A stretch of DNA of 61,522 bases from the NCBI GenBank assembly GCA_024686195.1, contig JAIBDO010000001.1, forward strand, positions 1 through 61,522, in the 5' to 3' direction. The position numbers and the translations under genes were made by a program. The DNA is from Gammaproteobacteria bacterium. Its GTDB lineage: Bacteria > Pseudomonadota > Gammaproteobacteria > GCA-001735895. Shown here piece by piece: positions 9,447 through 17,697 of the stretch. Positions within the stretch are counted from its first letter, which is position 1, and each line of letters opens with the position of its first letter. The notes beneath the pieces are model-generated. The model did not search any database. It was not told the DNA's origin and was given only the letters and a program-made list of their open reading frames with translations.

Positions 9447-9956
9447 CTAGGCCTTGTCTCTGCGCTTTACTTCGAGTTCAACCTTCAGCGGTTTTCGCAG
9501 ATCGTCGAGCACCGGGCAATGGCGATTGACGGTTTGCCGCAGTCGCTCGATGTCGTCATCGCTGGCATTGCTGACGATGTTGATATCCCCGAAGACTTCT
9601 GAAAAACCGGCATCAACCCCATCATCCACATTGAAAAAGCCCCTGGCGTCAGATACCCCGGTCACGCTCACCGCCACGTCCTGAAGATCAATGTCCATCG
9701 CGTCAGCGTAGAGTCGATAGGTCACTTCATGGCAGGCCGCGAGCGCTGCCAGCAGCAATTCACTTGGGCGAGGGCCGCGATCCGAGCTACCCATATTTTC
9801 CGGTTGATCCAGAACCACCTCGAAACCACGGGTTTTAACATGGCTGCGGAAATCTTCCACCAGGTGGCTGTCGGCTTTGGTTTCGACGCGGCATTTATCC
9901 GGTCGATTACGCAGAAGATCCTGCTTGTGTAGAAATATTTCTTTATATTTGCTCAT
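9447..9956 (-). CDS. OsmC/Ohr-family protein
   Basis: 169 aa with a typical OsmC core (GPRPSELLLAALAACHEVTY... NRHCPVLDDL). Confidence 0.8.
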   Translation of the reverse strand: MSKYKEIFLHKQDLLRNRPDKCRVETKADSHLVEDFRSHVKTRGFEVVLDQPENMGSSDRGPRPSELLLAALAACHEVTYRLYADAMDIDLQDVAVSVTGVSDARGFFNVDDGVDAGFSEVFGDINIVSNASDDDIERLRQTVNRHCPVLDDLRKPLKVELEVKRRDKA

Positions 9957-10149
9957 CGTGTTGTGCCATCGATTTTGTGCTGAAGGAGCGCATAATACTG
10001 CCTCATTGGCAGGTGATCTACTCGGCAGTCAAAAGGCGACGAGTCCTGGCAAGATAATCTGGATGTCCCGCCACTGCGGGGATATCGGCAAGGCTGCTGC
10101 GGGTGGTTGACTAATGATGCGTATTGTTTACGCGAGCTGATGGCAGACT

Positions 10150-11037
10150 CTAATCGAAGAGGTCATCGTCCAGGGCCTGCGACAACAGTTCTATTAGCGC
10201 CCTGGCCATGGGTAGTATGGGATTGCCGGATACCCATGCCAGTCCGAGCTGCTGGGTAACGGTCGGATTGACTAATTGTTTGGCGCGTGTGCCCGGCAAT
10301 TCATTGAAGCGTTTTGGAACAATGGTTGCCAGATCTCCAGCCATGACATGAAAGGCCAGTTGGAAAATCGAATTCGATTCGAGTTGTGGTCTTGGTTTGC
10401 ACTCCACGGTGGCAAAGGCCGCGTCTATCATCTGACGTTCGCGCATCGCTGGTGACAGCAGGCAAAGCGGCAGGTTGGCTGCTTCGGCCCAGGTTACCGT
10501 CGGTTGATCGTCCAGCCAGTCGTTATCGGGCAGCAACAGGTGCAAGGGTTCTTCATACAGGGCAAGAGTTTCAAGCCGGGAGTCGGTGAGCTGTTCAAGG
10601 TCGGTGAAACCAACATCCAGCTCGAAGTTTTTCAGCGCAAGTGTCAGCTGATCGATGCCCATAAATTGAATGTCGACCTGCACGACTGGGTATTCCTTCT
10701 GGAACAGACGCGCCACAATCGGCAGCATCGGCGAACTGGTAGGCATTGCGCCGATTCTCAGGCGGCCGTGCAGATTCTTCTTCATGATCGCCAGCTCTTC
10801 GAGCATCGCCGAGCGATCAGATAGCAGTCGCTTCGCCCATTCTACGACACGCAAACCTTCGTTGGTGAATCCCTGGAATTTCTGGTCACGCAGGATGATC
10901 GGAACGCCGAGCTCCTCTTCCAGCTTTTTGATCGCACTGGACAGGCTTGGTTGAGACACGAAGCAACGTTCAGCGGCACGGCTGAAGTGTCCTTCCTGCT
11001 CGAGTGCGATTAAATACTGGAATTGGCGCAGAAACAT
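10150..11037 (-). CDS. LysR-family transcriptional regulator
   Basis: 295 aa with wHTH LRQFQYLIALEQEGHFSRAAERCFVSQPSLSSAIKKLEEELG. Divergent from the TauE/GcvT-like/PanB-like genes. Confidence 0.9.
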   Translation of the reverse strand: MFLRQFQYLIALEQEGHFSRAAERCFVSQPSLSSAIKKLEEELGVPIILRDQKFQGFTNEGLRVVEWAKRLLSDRSAMLEELAIMKKNLHGRLRIGAMPTSSPMLPIVARLFQKEYPVVQVDIQFMGIDQLTLALKNFELDVGFTDLEQLTDSRLETLALYEEPLHLLLPDNDWLDDQPTVTWAEAANLPLCLLSPAMRERQMIDAAFATVECKPRPQLESNSIFQLAFHVMAGDLATIVPKRFNELPGTRAKQLVNPTVTQQLGLAWVSGNPILPMARALIELLSQALDDDLFD

Positions 11038-11143
11038 GATTGCCCTGAGTAATCAGCTAGGTGCCTATGTTACATTAGTTTGTTGCCGGAATGCTGCTGC
11101 TTAGGTGCCGGTTTTTCGAATTTTTTGTCGCGGATGACTGTTG

Positions 11144-11893
11144 ATGTCGATAACCCTGATTTTAATCTGCCTTATTGTCGGTGTGCTGATCGGTGCAGTG
11201 GGTATTGGTGGCGTGCTGCTGGTGCCCTCACTCAACCTGATTGCCGGCATCGATGTGCATGAGGCCGTGCCCGCCTGCACACTCAGTTACCTGGCAACTG
11301 GGGTCATTGGTGTCATCGTCTATGCGCGCCACGGTTCGATACAATGGCCAAAGGTCTTCTGGCTTTGCCTGGGGGCCATACCGGCGGCATTTCTGGGTTC
11401 GATCTCACTGCTCAGTATCCCTTCGATCGTCGTGATGTCCCTGATTGCCTTGCTGATGATCGTTAGCGGTATTGACGCTCTGATCAAAGCTTATCGAAAA
11501 TCCTCTGACGAGCAGCCGAAGCGCCAGTTAAGCCCGTTGCAGTTTATCGTAATCGGTTTTATCACCGGATTCGGCTCGGCCATAACGGGCACGGGTGGCC
11601 CACTAATTCTCGTCCCGCTCATCATCTTTCTCGGCTTGCCTGTTCTCACCGCGATCGGCCTCAGTCAGGCCATTCAGCTGCCGATCGCGGCGTTTGCCAG
11701 TACCGGTAACTGGATGTCCGGAAACCTGAATTTTGAACTGGCCCTGGTGATTGCGGCGGTGTTAGTGGTCGGTTCGTTCGCTGGTGCGCTACTCATACAT
11801 CGGTTGCCGGCCGAACCGATCCGCAAGATGATTGCCTTCCTGCTGGTTTTTGTCGGTGCCGGTATCGGTATCCAGCAGCTATTCCAGCTGTAG
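11144..11893 (+). CDS. TauE/SafE-family (DUF81) membrane exporter, sulfite-exporter type
   Basis: About 249 aa, multi-TM and Gly-rich, with the internal duplication typical of TauE/SafE. The track starts at TTG 11141; ATG is at 11144. Confidence 0.85.
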   Translation: MSITLILICLIVGVLIGAVGIGGVLLVPSLNLIAGIDVHEAVPACTLSYLATGVIGVIVYARHGSIQWPKVFWLCLGAIPAAFLGSISLLSIPSIVVMSLIALLMIVSGIDALIKAYRKSSDEQPKRQLSPLQFIVIGFITGFGSAITGTGGPLILVPLIIFLGLPVLTAIGLSQAIQLPIAAFASTGNWMSGNLNFELALVIAAVLVVGSFAGALLIHRLPAEPIRKMIAFLLVFVGAGIGIQQLFQL

Positions 11894-11904
11894 GTCCTGT
11901 CGCA

Positions 11905-12918
11905 GTGTTATCGCTGGCGGATCTGGTTCGAGACTATGGCGACCCCCATGCAGAGGCAATGTGCTGTCGGCAGGATTGCGCGCTGTTTGATTTTTCCTTC
12001 GTTTACCGGATACGGGTCTCGGGCCGGAATGCGATCGCAAGGATCGAACAGTTCCAGCCACGAACCGTCAGCGATATGTCGATCGGGCAGATACGTTACA
12101 GTGTCAAACGCAACGCACAGGGCAGGGTGCGATCTGATTTGACGCTATGGCGCTACGCTGAGGACGTCTTCGAGATCATGAGCGGCTGTGCCGAAGATGT
12201 AAGCGATCTGCAGGCTCAGGCGGGCGAGGAGTTCATTCTGCAGAACCTGAGTGAGAGTACCGCTATTCTCTCATTGCAGGGGCCGAACACATTGGCACAG
12301 CTAGCCTGCTTCATGGATGTTACCGAGATCAGTACTCTGCCTTATTTTCACTTTGTCAGGGCACAAATTGGCGAACTACCCTGTCTGATCGGGCGCCTGG
12401 GTTACTCTGGTGAAGCAGGATTTGAGATATTGGTAGATCAGTCTGCTAGAGACTGGTTGTGGGATTTGTTGTCCACCAGGTTTCCACCGGCCGGTTTTGC
12501 CGCGATCGATATCCTGCGAATCGAAGCAGGTTTCTTCCTGTTTACCAATGAATGTCGAATTTCTCCGTCGATTGGCGAGCTCGGTTTGTCGGCTCTGCTT
12601 GGGGACAGGAAGGGAAGTCCGGAAATCAAACTGGTTGCCTTCGAAGGGAACTGTCATCACACACCGAATCCGGTCTTGTGGCAACCGACCAGTTCTGAGA
12701 TTCGACGCCCTGATTCCGGGGAGATAATGATCACTTCGGCCTGTTTCAGTCCACTGTTTAATCGCGTGATTGGACTGGGTTTTGTTAAGTTCGGCCAGGC
12801 AAGTGACGCCATTATCGATCCCAAACGCAAATTTTCCGACGTTAAAATTTGCTCGCTTCCACCCTACGACCCGCATAAAACAAGGCCTCGAAAGGCATGG
12901 AAGGCCGACACAAGGTGA
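11905..12918 (+). CDS. GcvT-family (aminomethyltransferase-like) folate-binding protein
   Basis: 337 aa with a GTG start 11 nt after the TauE stop. GcvT-like pattern: ...AEAMCCRQDCALFDFSFVYRIRVSGRNA..., LGYSGEAGFEI, DILRIEAGF. Confidence 0.75.
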   Translation: MLSLADLVRDYGDPHAEAMCCRQDCALFDFSFVYRIRVSGRNAIARIEQFQPRTVSDMSIGQIRYSVKRNAQGRVRSDLTLWRYAEDVFEIMSGCAEDVSDLQAQAGEEFILQNLSESTAILSLQGPNTLAQLACFMDVTEISTLPYFHFVRAQIGELPCLIGRLGYSGEAGFEILVDQSARDWLWDLLSTRFPPAGFAAIDILRIEAGFFLFTNECRISPSIGELGLSALLGDRKGSPEIKLVAFEGNCHHTPNPVLWQPTSSEIRRPDSGEIMITSACFSPLFNRVIGLGFVKFGQASDAIIDPKRKFSDVKICSLPPYDPHKTRPRKAWKADTR

Positions 12919-13033
12919 AAGCTATCACCCGATAAAGAGAAGCTCTTTGACAGTTTTTCACGGCCCGGCTTAGTATCTCCGGGCTGCAAAATTGACTTTT
13001 GCAATAATAAAATCAACCACCCACGAGGGAGTC

Positions 13034-13912
13034 ATGTCAGAAGAAACGCCTAGACGAAAGAAAGTAACGATACGTGAATTGCAGCGCAAGATGCGTGATG
13101 ACGAGCAGATTGTGCAGATGGCGATTTACGATTACAGAAGCGCAGTAATCGCAGATCGGCTGGGTATCGACATTCTATGTGTCTCCGATACGGGCGGAAT
13201 GATTTTATTCGGTCATCAGTCAACCGTCACCGTGAGCTTTGACGAAGTCATGATGATGTCGAAGGCTATTGATCGCGGCAGCAAGTACGGCCTTAGAATG
13301 GTCGATATGCCTTACTGGAGCTTTCATGTCTCGCCCGAGCAAGCGGTAGAAAACGCCGGCAAGTTCGTGCATCAGGCAAATGCTGAAGTGATGAAGTGCG
13401 AAGGCAATCAACACCACGCGAAGAATATTGAAGCCATCGTCAAGGCCGGCATTCCGGTGCAGGGGCATATCGGTATTACGCCCATGCGCATGCCGCAGCT
13501 GGGCGGGTTCATCGCCCAGGGTAAAACCTCAGATCGTGCCAAGGAACTCATTGATGACGCCTGGGCAATGGTAGATGCGGGATGTTTTTCTATCATGTGT
13601 GAAGTTACCACCGAGGAAGTTTGCGAATATCTGGCCGAAACATTGCCGGTGCCGGTGATCAGCCTTGGAGCAGGAAACAAGGCCCACGGTGTGCACATTA
13701 TAACTTCCGATTTATTGCATCTGTATGAAGAACATGTTCCACGGCACTCGAAAATTTATACCGACCTCATTCCAATCATGGAAGACGTTTTTATTCGCTA
13801 CCGCGACGAAGTAAGAGAGCGAGTGTATCCGGGACCCGAACACACGGTCTATATGCCACCTGAAGAGCTAAAGAAATTTGCAGAGGCGATGGACTGGAAG
13901 TCAAAACTGTAA
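13034..13912 (+). CDS. 3-methyl-2-oxobutanoate hydroxymethyltransferase (PanB) family paralog
   Basis: Colinear with my memory of E. coli PanB. Equivalents of the GDSLGM, VKIEGG and LECVP catalytic segments are present (SDTGGM, MKCEGN, MCEVT), with C-terminal VYPGPEH. ATG 13034 follows GAGGGAG; the track gives TTG 12992. Confidence 0.8.
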   Translation: MSEETPRRKKVTIRELQRKMRDDEQIVQMAIYDYRSAVIADRLGIDILCVSDTGGMILFGHQSTVTVSFDEVMMMSKAIDRGSKYGLRMVDMPYWSFHVSPEQAVENAGKFVHQANAEVMKCEGNQHHAKNIEAIVKAGIPVQGHIGITPMRMPQLGGFIAQGKTSDRAKELIDDAWAMVDAGCFSIMCEVTTEEVCEYLAETLPVPVISLGAGNKAHGVHIITSDLLHLYEEHVPRHSKIYTDLIPIMEDVFIRYRDEVRERVYPGPEHTVYMPPEELKKFAEAMDWKSKL

Positions 13913-13947
13913 GACCTGCAAACTGGATATTCCAGTCTTACCGGCAG

Positions 13948-13990
13948 TAGACCCGGCCATCACACTAGTAAGGCGGGTCTATTGTTTTTA
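13948..13990 (+). terminator. Rho-independent terminator candidate after the PanB paralog
   Basis: TAGACCCGGCC-(13 nt)-GGCGGGTCTA forms a 10-bp stem with one bulged G, followed by TTGTTTTT. Confidence 0.55.
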
Positions 13991-14040
13991 TATTAACGAG
14001 TTGTTTGCAGTTAGAAACGTACGCAGGAGTTTAAATTAAG

Positions 14041-15336
14041 ATGCCAGCCAGAAATCATAAGCAGTGGAGTGCCAAACCCGATCTAGAACTCGGGGAGTGG
14101 GTCGATAGTCGGATTTATTCTGACGAAGAGATATTCGAGGAAGAGCTGGACAAACTCTGGAAAAAATCCTGGATAGCACTTTGCCATGAATCGGAACTCC
14201 CGGAACCCTATGATTTCCGCACCGGGATTATCGCACGTGAGCCGGTTATCATGGTTCGCGGACCGGATAATAAAGTGCGCGCTTTTCTGAACGTTTGTCC
14301 ACACCGTGGAATGACGATTGAGCGCCGGCCCTCTGGCAGCTTCGCGCCGGCTCAGCCGTCAGGTAACCCGAAACACATGACCTGTTTATTCCATGCCTGG
14401 CAGTTTGACATGAAAGGCAACTGTGTTGACATACCGCGCCAGAAAGAGGGCTACCAGGATCGCCTCGACAAATCTTCCCAGGGTCTTCGGGCTTTGCGTT
14501 GTGAAGTCAAATACGGTGGTTTTGTCTGGGTCTGCCTTGATGATCACACGGAGTTTAACGTCGAAACCTGGGCCGCTGGTGCGATGGATTGCATCAAGGA
14601 TTCACTCGATGCCGAGCCGCTCGAACTGATTCACTACCACAAGGCGATCATCGATTGTAATTACAAACTGTGGCACGACACCAATAGTGAGTTCTATCAC
14701 GATTACATGCACTATCACAATCGCATCACCGGCTTCAACGACGACTATTTTCAGCGTGAGTGCTCGGCTTATGACAATGGCCACGTCAATGTTGGCACCT
14801 TCACCGTGAACTATGAAGAGTATGATGTTGCGGAAGATCGCGGCACCCTGTCATTCCCTAATCTACCCCCCGATAACTGGTACATGGTCGACATGTTTCC
14901 GGGATTGAACTTCAACCTGCGTGGTTCCGTGGTGCGCATGGACTTGATGACGCCGCTGAGCGCCAACCAGGTGATGATCGAATTCCGTGGTTTCGGGCTG
15001 AAAAGTGATTCGCCTGAAGATCGTGCGCATCGTATCCAGCATCACAATTCAATCTGGGGCCCACTGGGCCGTAACCTGCATGAAGACCTCATTGGTGTGG
15101 CCGGCCAGGGTACGACAATGACACCTAAATCAGAGCCGCGTCGTATTTTGCACGGTCGTCACGAGGGTGCTTACATACACGACGAAATCGGTATGCGTCA
15201 CTTTTACGAATCATGGGGTAAGAAGATGGACCGGTTGCCCAGTGATCCCGAGCAGAAATACAAAGCCGGCAAGGTAATGGGACCGGAAATGCCGCCCGCG
15301 AAGGGCTTGTCTACTTTCGCTGGCAAAGGTGCTTAA
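14041..15336 (+). CDS. msmA: Rieske non-heme-iron oxygenase alpha subunit, methanesulfonate monooxygenase hydroxylase large subunit-like
   Basis: 431 aa. Rieske ligands are C86-P-H88 and C115-L-F-H118, separated by 26 residues (nt 14296-14394). There is a mononuclear-iron His/Asp region (EFYHDYMHYH). AGGAG lies upstream of the ATG. The symbol rests on the X26 spacer and the operon context. Confidence 0.75.
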   Translation: MPARNHKQWSAKPDLELGEWVDSRIYSDEEIFEEELDKLWKKSWIALCHESELPEPYDFRTGIIAREPVIMVRGPDNKVRAFLNVCPHRGMTIERRPSGSFAPAQPSGNPKHMTCLFHAWQFDMKGNCVDIPRQKEGYQDRLDKSSQGLRALRCEVKYGGFVWVCLDDHTEFNVETWAAGAMDCIKDSLDAEPLELIHYHKAIIDCNYKLWHDTNSEFYHDYMHYHNRITGFNDDYFQRECSAYDNGHVNVGTFTVNYEEYDVAEDRGTLSFPNLPPDNWYMVDMFPGLNFNLRGSVVRMDLMTPLSANQVMIEFRGFGLKSDSPEDRAHRIQHHNSIWGPLGRNLHEDLIGVAGQGTTMTPKSEPRRILHGRHEGAYIHDEIGMRHFYESWGKKMDRLPSDPEQKYKAGKVMGPEMPPAKGLSTFAGKGA

Positions 15337-15485
15337 AGGCGGGTTTGCAGCGGAGAAACTGAACACGGACAACGGGGCAAGAGCTGATGGAGCAACGCCC
15401 TCGTCCAGTGTGATGCCTGCAGCATCGTAAGTTTGATTTAGCAACGCGCCTGCATGGCGTGAGAATATTATTGGAGAAGCTAGGA

Positions 15486-15983
15486 ATGAATGTAGAGGAA
15501 CAGCATATCAAATCGCTGGTCAGGGAAACGATATATGCGGCTGCCATGTTTCTGGACGATCAGAAATGGAATGACTGGATCGATCAGTGCGATGAAAGCT
15601 TCCACTATTCGGTGGTTACCTACAGCCATGAAGTGCGTAAGGATCTGACCTATCTGCTGATGAGCCACAAGGAAATGCATCCCTACTTTGATTTGCTACC
15701 AAAACACAATACGGATCATTCGCCGTTGCGGCGTCATGCCAGCATTTATACGGTAGATGTATCTGAAGACGGTAAAACGGCCGAGGCAGTGACGTCTTTC
15801 ATCATGACCCAGGAAATGATTGATGGCATCAGTGCGCCACTTTATTCAGGCGAAAATCGGTTATACCTGACCGGAAAATATTATGATAAGTTCAAAATTG
15901 ATGGTGAATCAGTGAAATTTACCGAACGGGTTGCACGGGTATACACCCGGCGGTTCGACAAAGGCACTCATTGGGTTTTCTGA
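15486..15983 (+). CDS. msmB: Oxygenase beta (small, NTF2-like) subunit
   Basis: About 165 aa directly after the alpha subunit, with the size and pattern of ring-hydroxylating-dioxygenase beta subunits. ATG 15486 follows GGAG; the track gives GTG 15459. Confidence 0.7.
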   Translation: MNVEEQHIKSLVRETIYAAAMFLDDQKWNDWIDQCDESFHYSVVTYSHEVRKDLTYLLMSHKEMHPYFDLLPKHNTDHSPLRRHASIYTVDVSEDGKTAEAVTSFIMTQEMIDGISAPLYSGENRLYLTGKYYDKFKIDGESVKFTERVARVYTRRFDKGTHWVF

Positions 15984-16093
15984 TTGGCATCTAACCGAAC
16001 TTTAGCCGTCATTGCAGGTTAGGTAAGCTCGAATGGTTGTCGGATGTTTCTCGGCTGCTAGACGAGTCAATAATAAATAACAGGAGTAGAGAG

Positions 16094-16474
16094 TTGAGTT
16101 GGGAAAAAATCTGCGGAGTTTCCGATGTTCCGGAAAACGCTCTGGAAAAGTTTGAAGTAAATGGCATTGAGCTAGTCGTCGCCAATTATGGCGGTGGTTT
16201 CCGTGCCTTTCCCCCGCGCTGTCCACACATGGAAGAAGCGCTTTGCGACTCTGCCGTGTTGTTCGACGGAATGCTGACCTGTACCAAGCACCTTTGGCAG
16301 TGGGATATGGGGTCAGGGGAAAAAACCGGAATAGCCGAAAAGGAGTTGCTGTTTTATGACGTTAAACAGGAAGGTGGCGATCTTTATGCGCAGGTCGACG
16401 AGGCGCTCGTCTATGAAGACGATGACGATGAAGACGAAGACGAAGACGACGAGGATTTTTTCAATGCCGACTAA
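16094..16474 (+). CDS. msmC: Rieske-type [2Fe-2S] ferredoxin with a poly-acidic C-terminal tail
   Basis: CPHMEEALC...(17 aa)...CTKHLWQWD, with the tail YEDDDDEDEDEDDEDFFNAD. I prefer TTG 16094, preceded by AGGAG at 7 nt spacing; the track gives TTG 16037. The start is uncertain. Confidence 0.7.
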   Translation: MSWEKICGVSDVPENALEKFEVNGIELVVANYGGGFRAFPPRCPHMEEALCDSAVLFDGMLTCTKHLWQWDMGSGEKTGIAEKELLFYDVKQEGGDLYAQVDEALVYEDDDDEDEDEDDEDFFNAD

Positions 16475-16628
16475 TGCCCGTGACGCTATCGAAAACGGAA
16501 GTCGGATAAGCATAGCGTCAGAGATGGCGGGTCAATAGAGCATATTATGCGAGTGACACTGGATTTTTTTAGCGGACGTCAAGGCGGGCTTCGGTGGGTC
16601 GCAAATCGACCCTGTGACCTGGATAATC

Positions 16629-17687
16629 ATGATGACCGGTAAAACGTTGAATATCCAGGTTAATGCCAGAAACCGCGCCTATACGCTTGATGGCACCAGT
16701 GATGATAAAATCCTCAACCTTGGCTTGAGTAACGCCATCGACCTCCCCTATGAGTGTGGTAGCGGTACCTGTGGTACCTGTAAAGCACGATTAATATCGG
16801 GAGAGATCTGTGATCGGTGGCCCGAAGCACCCGGGCGCAAGTTCTTGAAGCCTAAGAAAGGTGAGTTCCTGATGTGCCAGTGCGCTGCAAAAACGGATAG
16901 CGTGATCGAAGTAGAAAGTTTTGTGCACACCATGGAGGCCGGTGCCTGTGTACCCGGGTTAATTACTGGCCGAGTCAATAGTTCAAAACTTTTGACCCCG
17001 GATGTGATGTCACTGCAGATAACGATGGATCAGACATTCGATTTCGATGCGGGCCAGTTTATGCTGGTGCAGTTCCCCGAAGTAGTGGGTTTTCGTGGTT
17101 GGTCGATGGTGAATTATGAGCGTCATGCAAAAACCCTGGATTTTGTCATAAAGAAAAAACCTGACGGAGTACTGTCCGAATGGCTGTTTGGTAACAATTG
17201 TGAAGGTGTGGAAGTTGAACTCTACGGGCCATTGGGAAATGCCACCTTTTATTCGAGACTGGCCAAAAACATTCTTTGCATCGCCGGTGGTAGCGGCATT
17301 GCAGGCATCATGTCCATTCTTTCGAGGGCGGCACAGGACGGCTATTTCTCGCAGTATAGCGGGGATGTGTTTTTCGGTGTGCGCACCATGAAAGACGCAT
17401 TCTTTCTCGATGAACTAGCGGCTTTCCGCGCCGAGTGTGGTGAAAAACTGAATATCGTGATCGCTCTATCAGATGAAGACGTCCCCGCCTCTGCGCAGAT
17501 CGATTATCCGCAACTGGCGTTTGACAATGGGTTTGTTCACGAGGTGGCCGGTCGCCATATGGAAGATCGCTATCAGAATGTGAGAGCCTATCTTGCCGGC
17601 CCCCCACCTTTGGTGAATGGCTCGATAGGTATGCTACTGCGGGCGCGAGTGACTACCGATAATATCCGCTATGACAAGTTCAGTTAA
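16629..17687 (+). CDS. msmD: Oxygenase reductase: plant-type [2Fe-2S] ferredoxin domain fused to an FAD/NAD(P)H ferredoxin-reductase domain
   Basis: N-terminal CGSGTCGTCK...C cluster, followed by an FNR-like fold (RGWSMVNY, GGSGIAGIMS). ATG 16629; the track gives GTG 16614. Confidence 0.8.
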   Translation: MMTGKTLNIQVNARNRAYTLDGTSDDKILNLGLSNAIDLPYECGSGTCGTCKARLISGEICDRWPEAPGRKFLKPKKGEFLMCQCAAKTDSVIEVESFVHTMEAGACVPGLITGRVNSSKLLTPDVMSLQITMDQTFDFDAGQFMLVQFPEVVGFRGWSMVNYERHAKTLDFVIKKKPDGVLSEWLFGNNCEGVEVELYGPLGNATFYSRLAKNILCIAGGSGIAGIMSILSRAAQDGYFSQYSGDVFFGVRTMKDAFFLDELAAFRAECGEKLNIVIALSDEDVPASAQIDYPQLAFDNGFVHEVAGRHMEDRYQNVRAYLAGPPPLVNGSIGMLLRARVTTDNIRYDKFS

Positions 17688-17697
17688 GAGTGTCGTC

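Noticed and set aside
11058-11109. Direct repeat of TAGGTGCC (11058-11065 and 11102-11109) in the LysR/TauE divergent region
   Set aside because: Two 8-mers about 44 nt apart could occur by chance. They do not form the T-N11-A dyad expected for LysR boxes.
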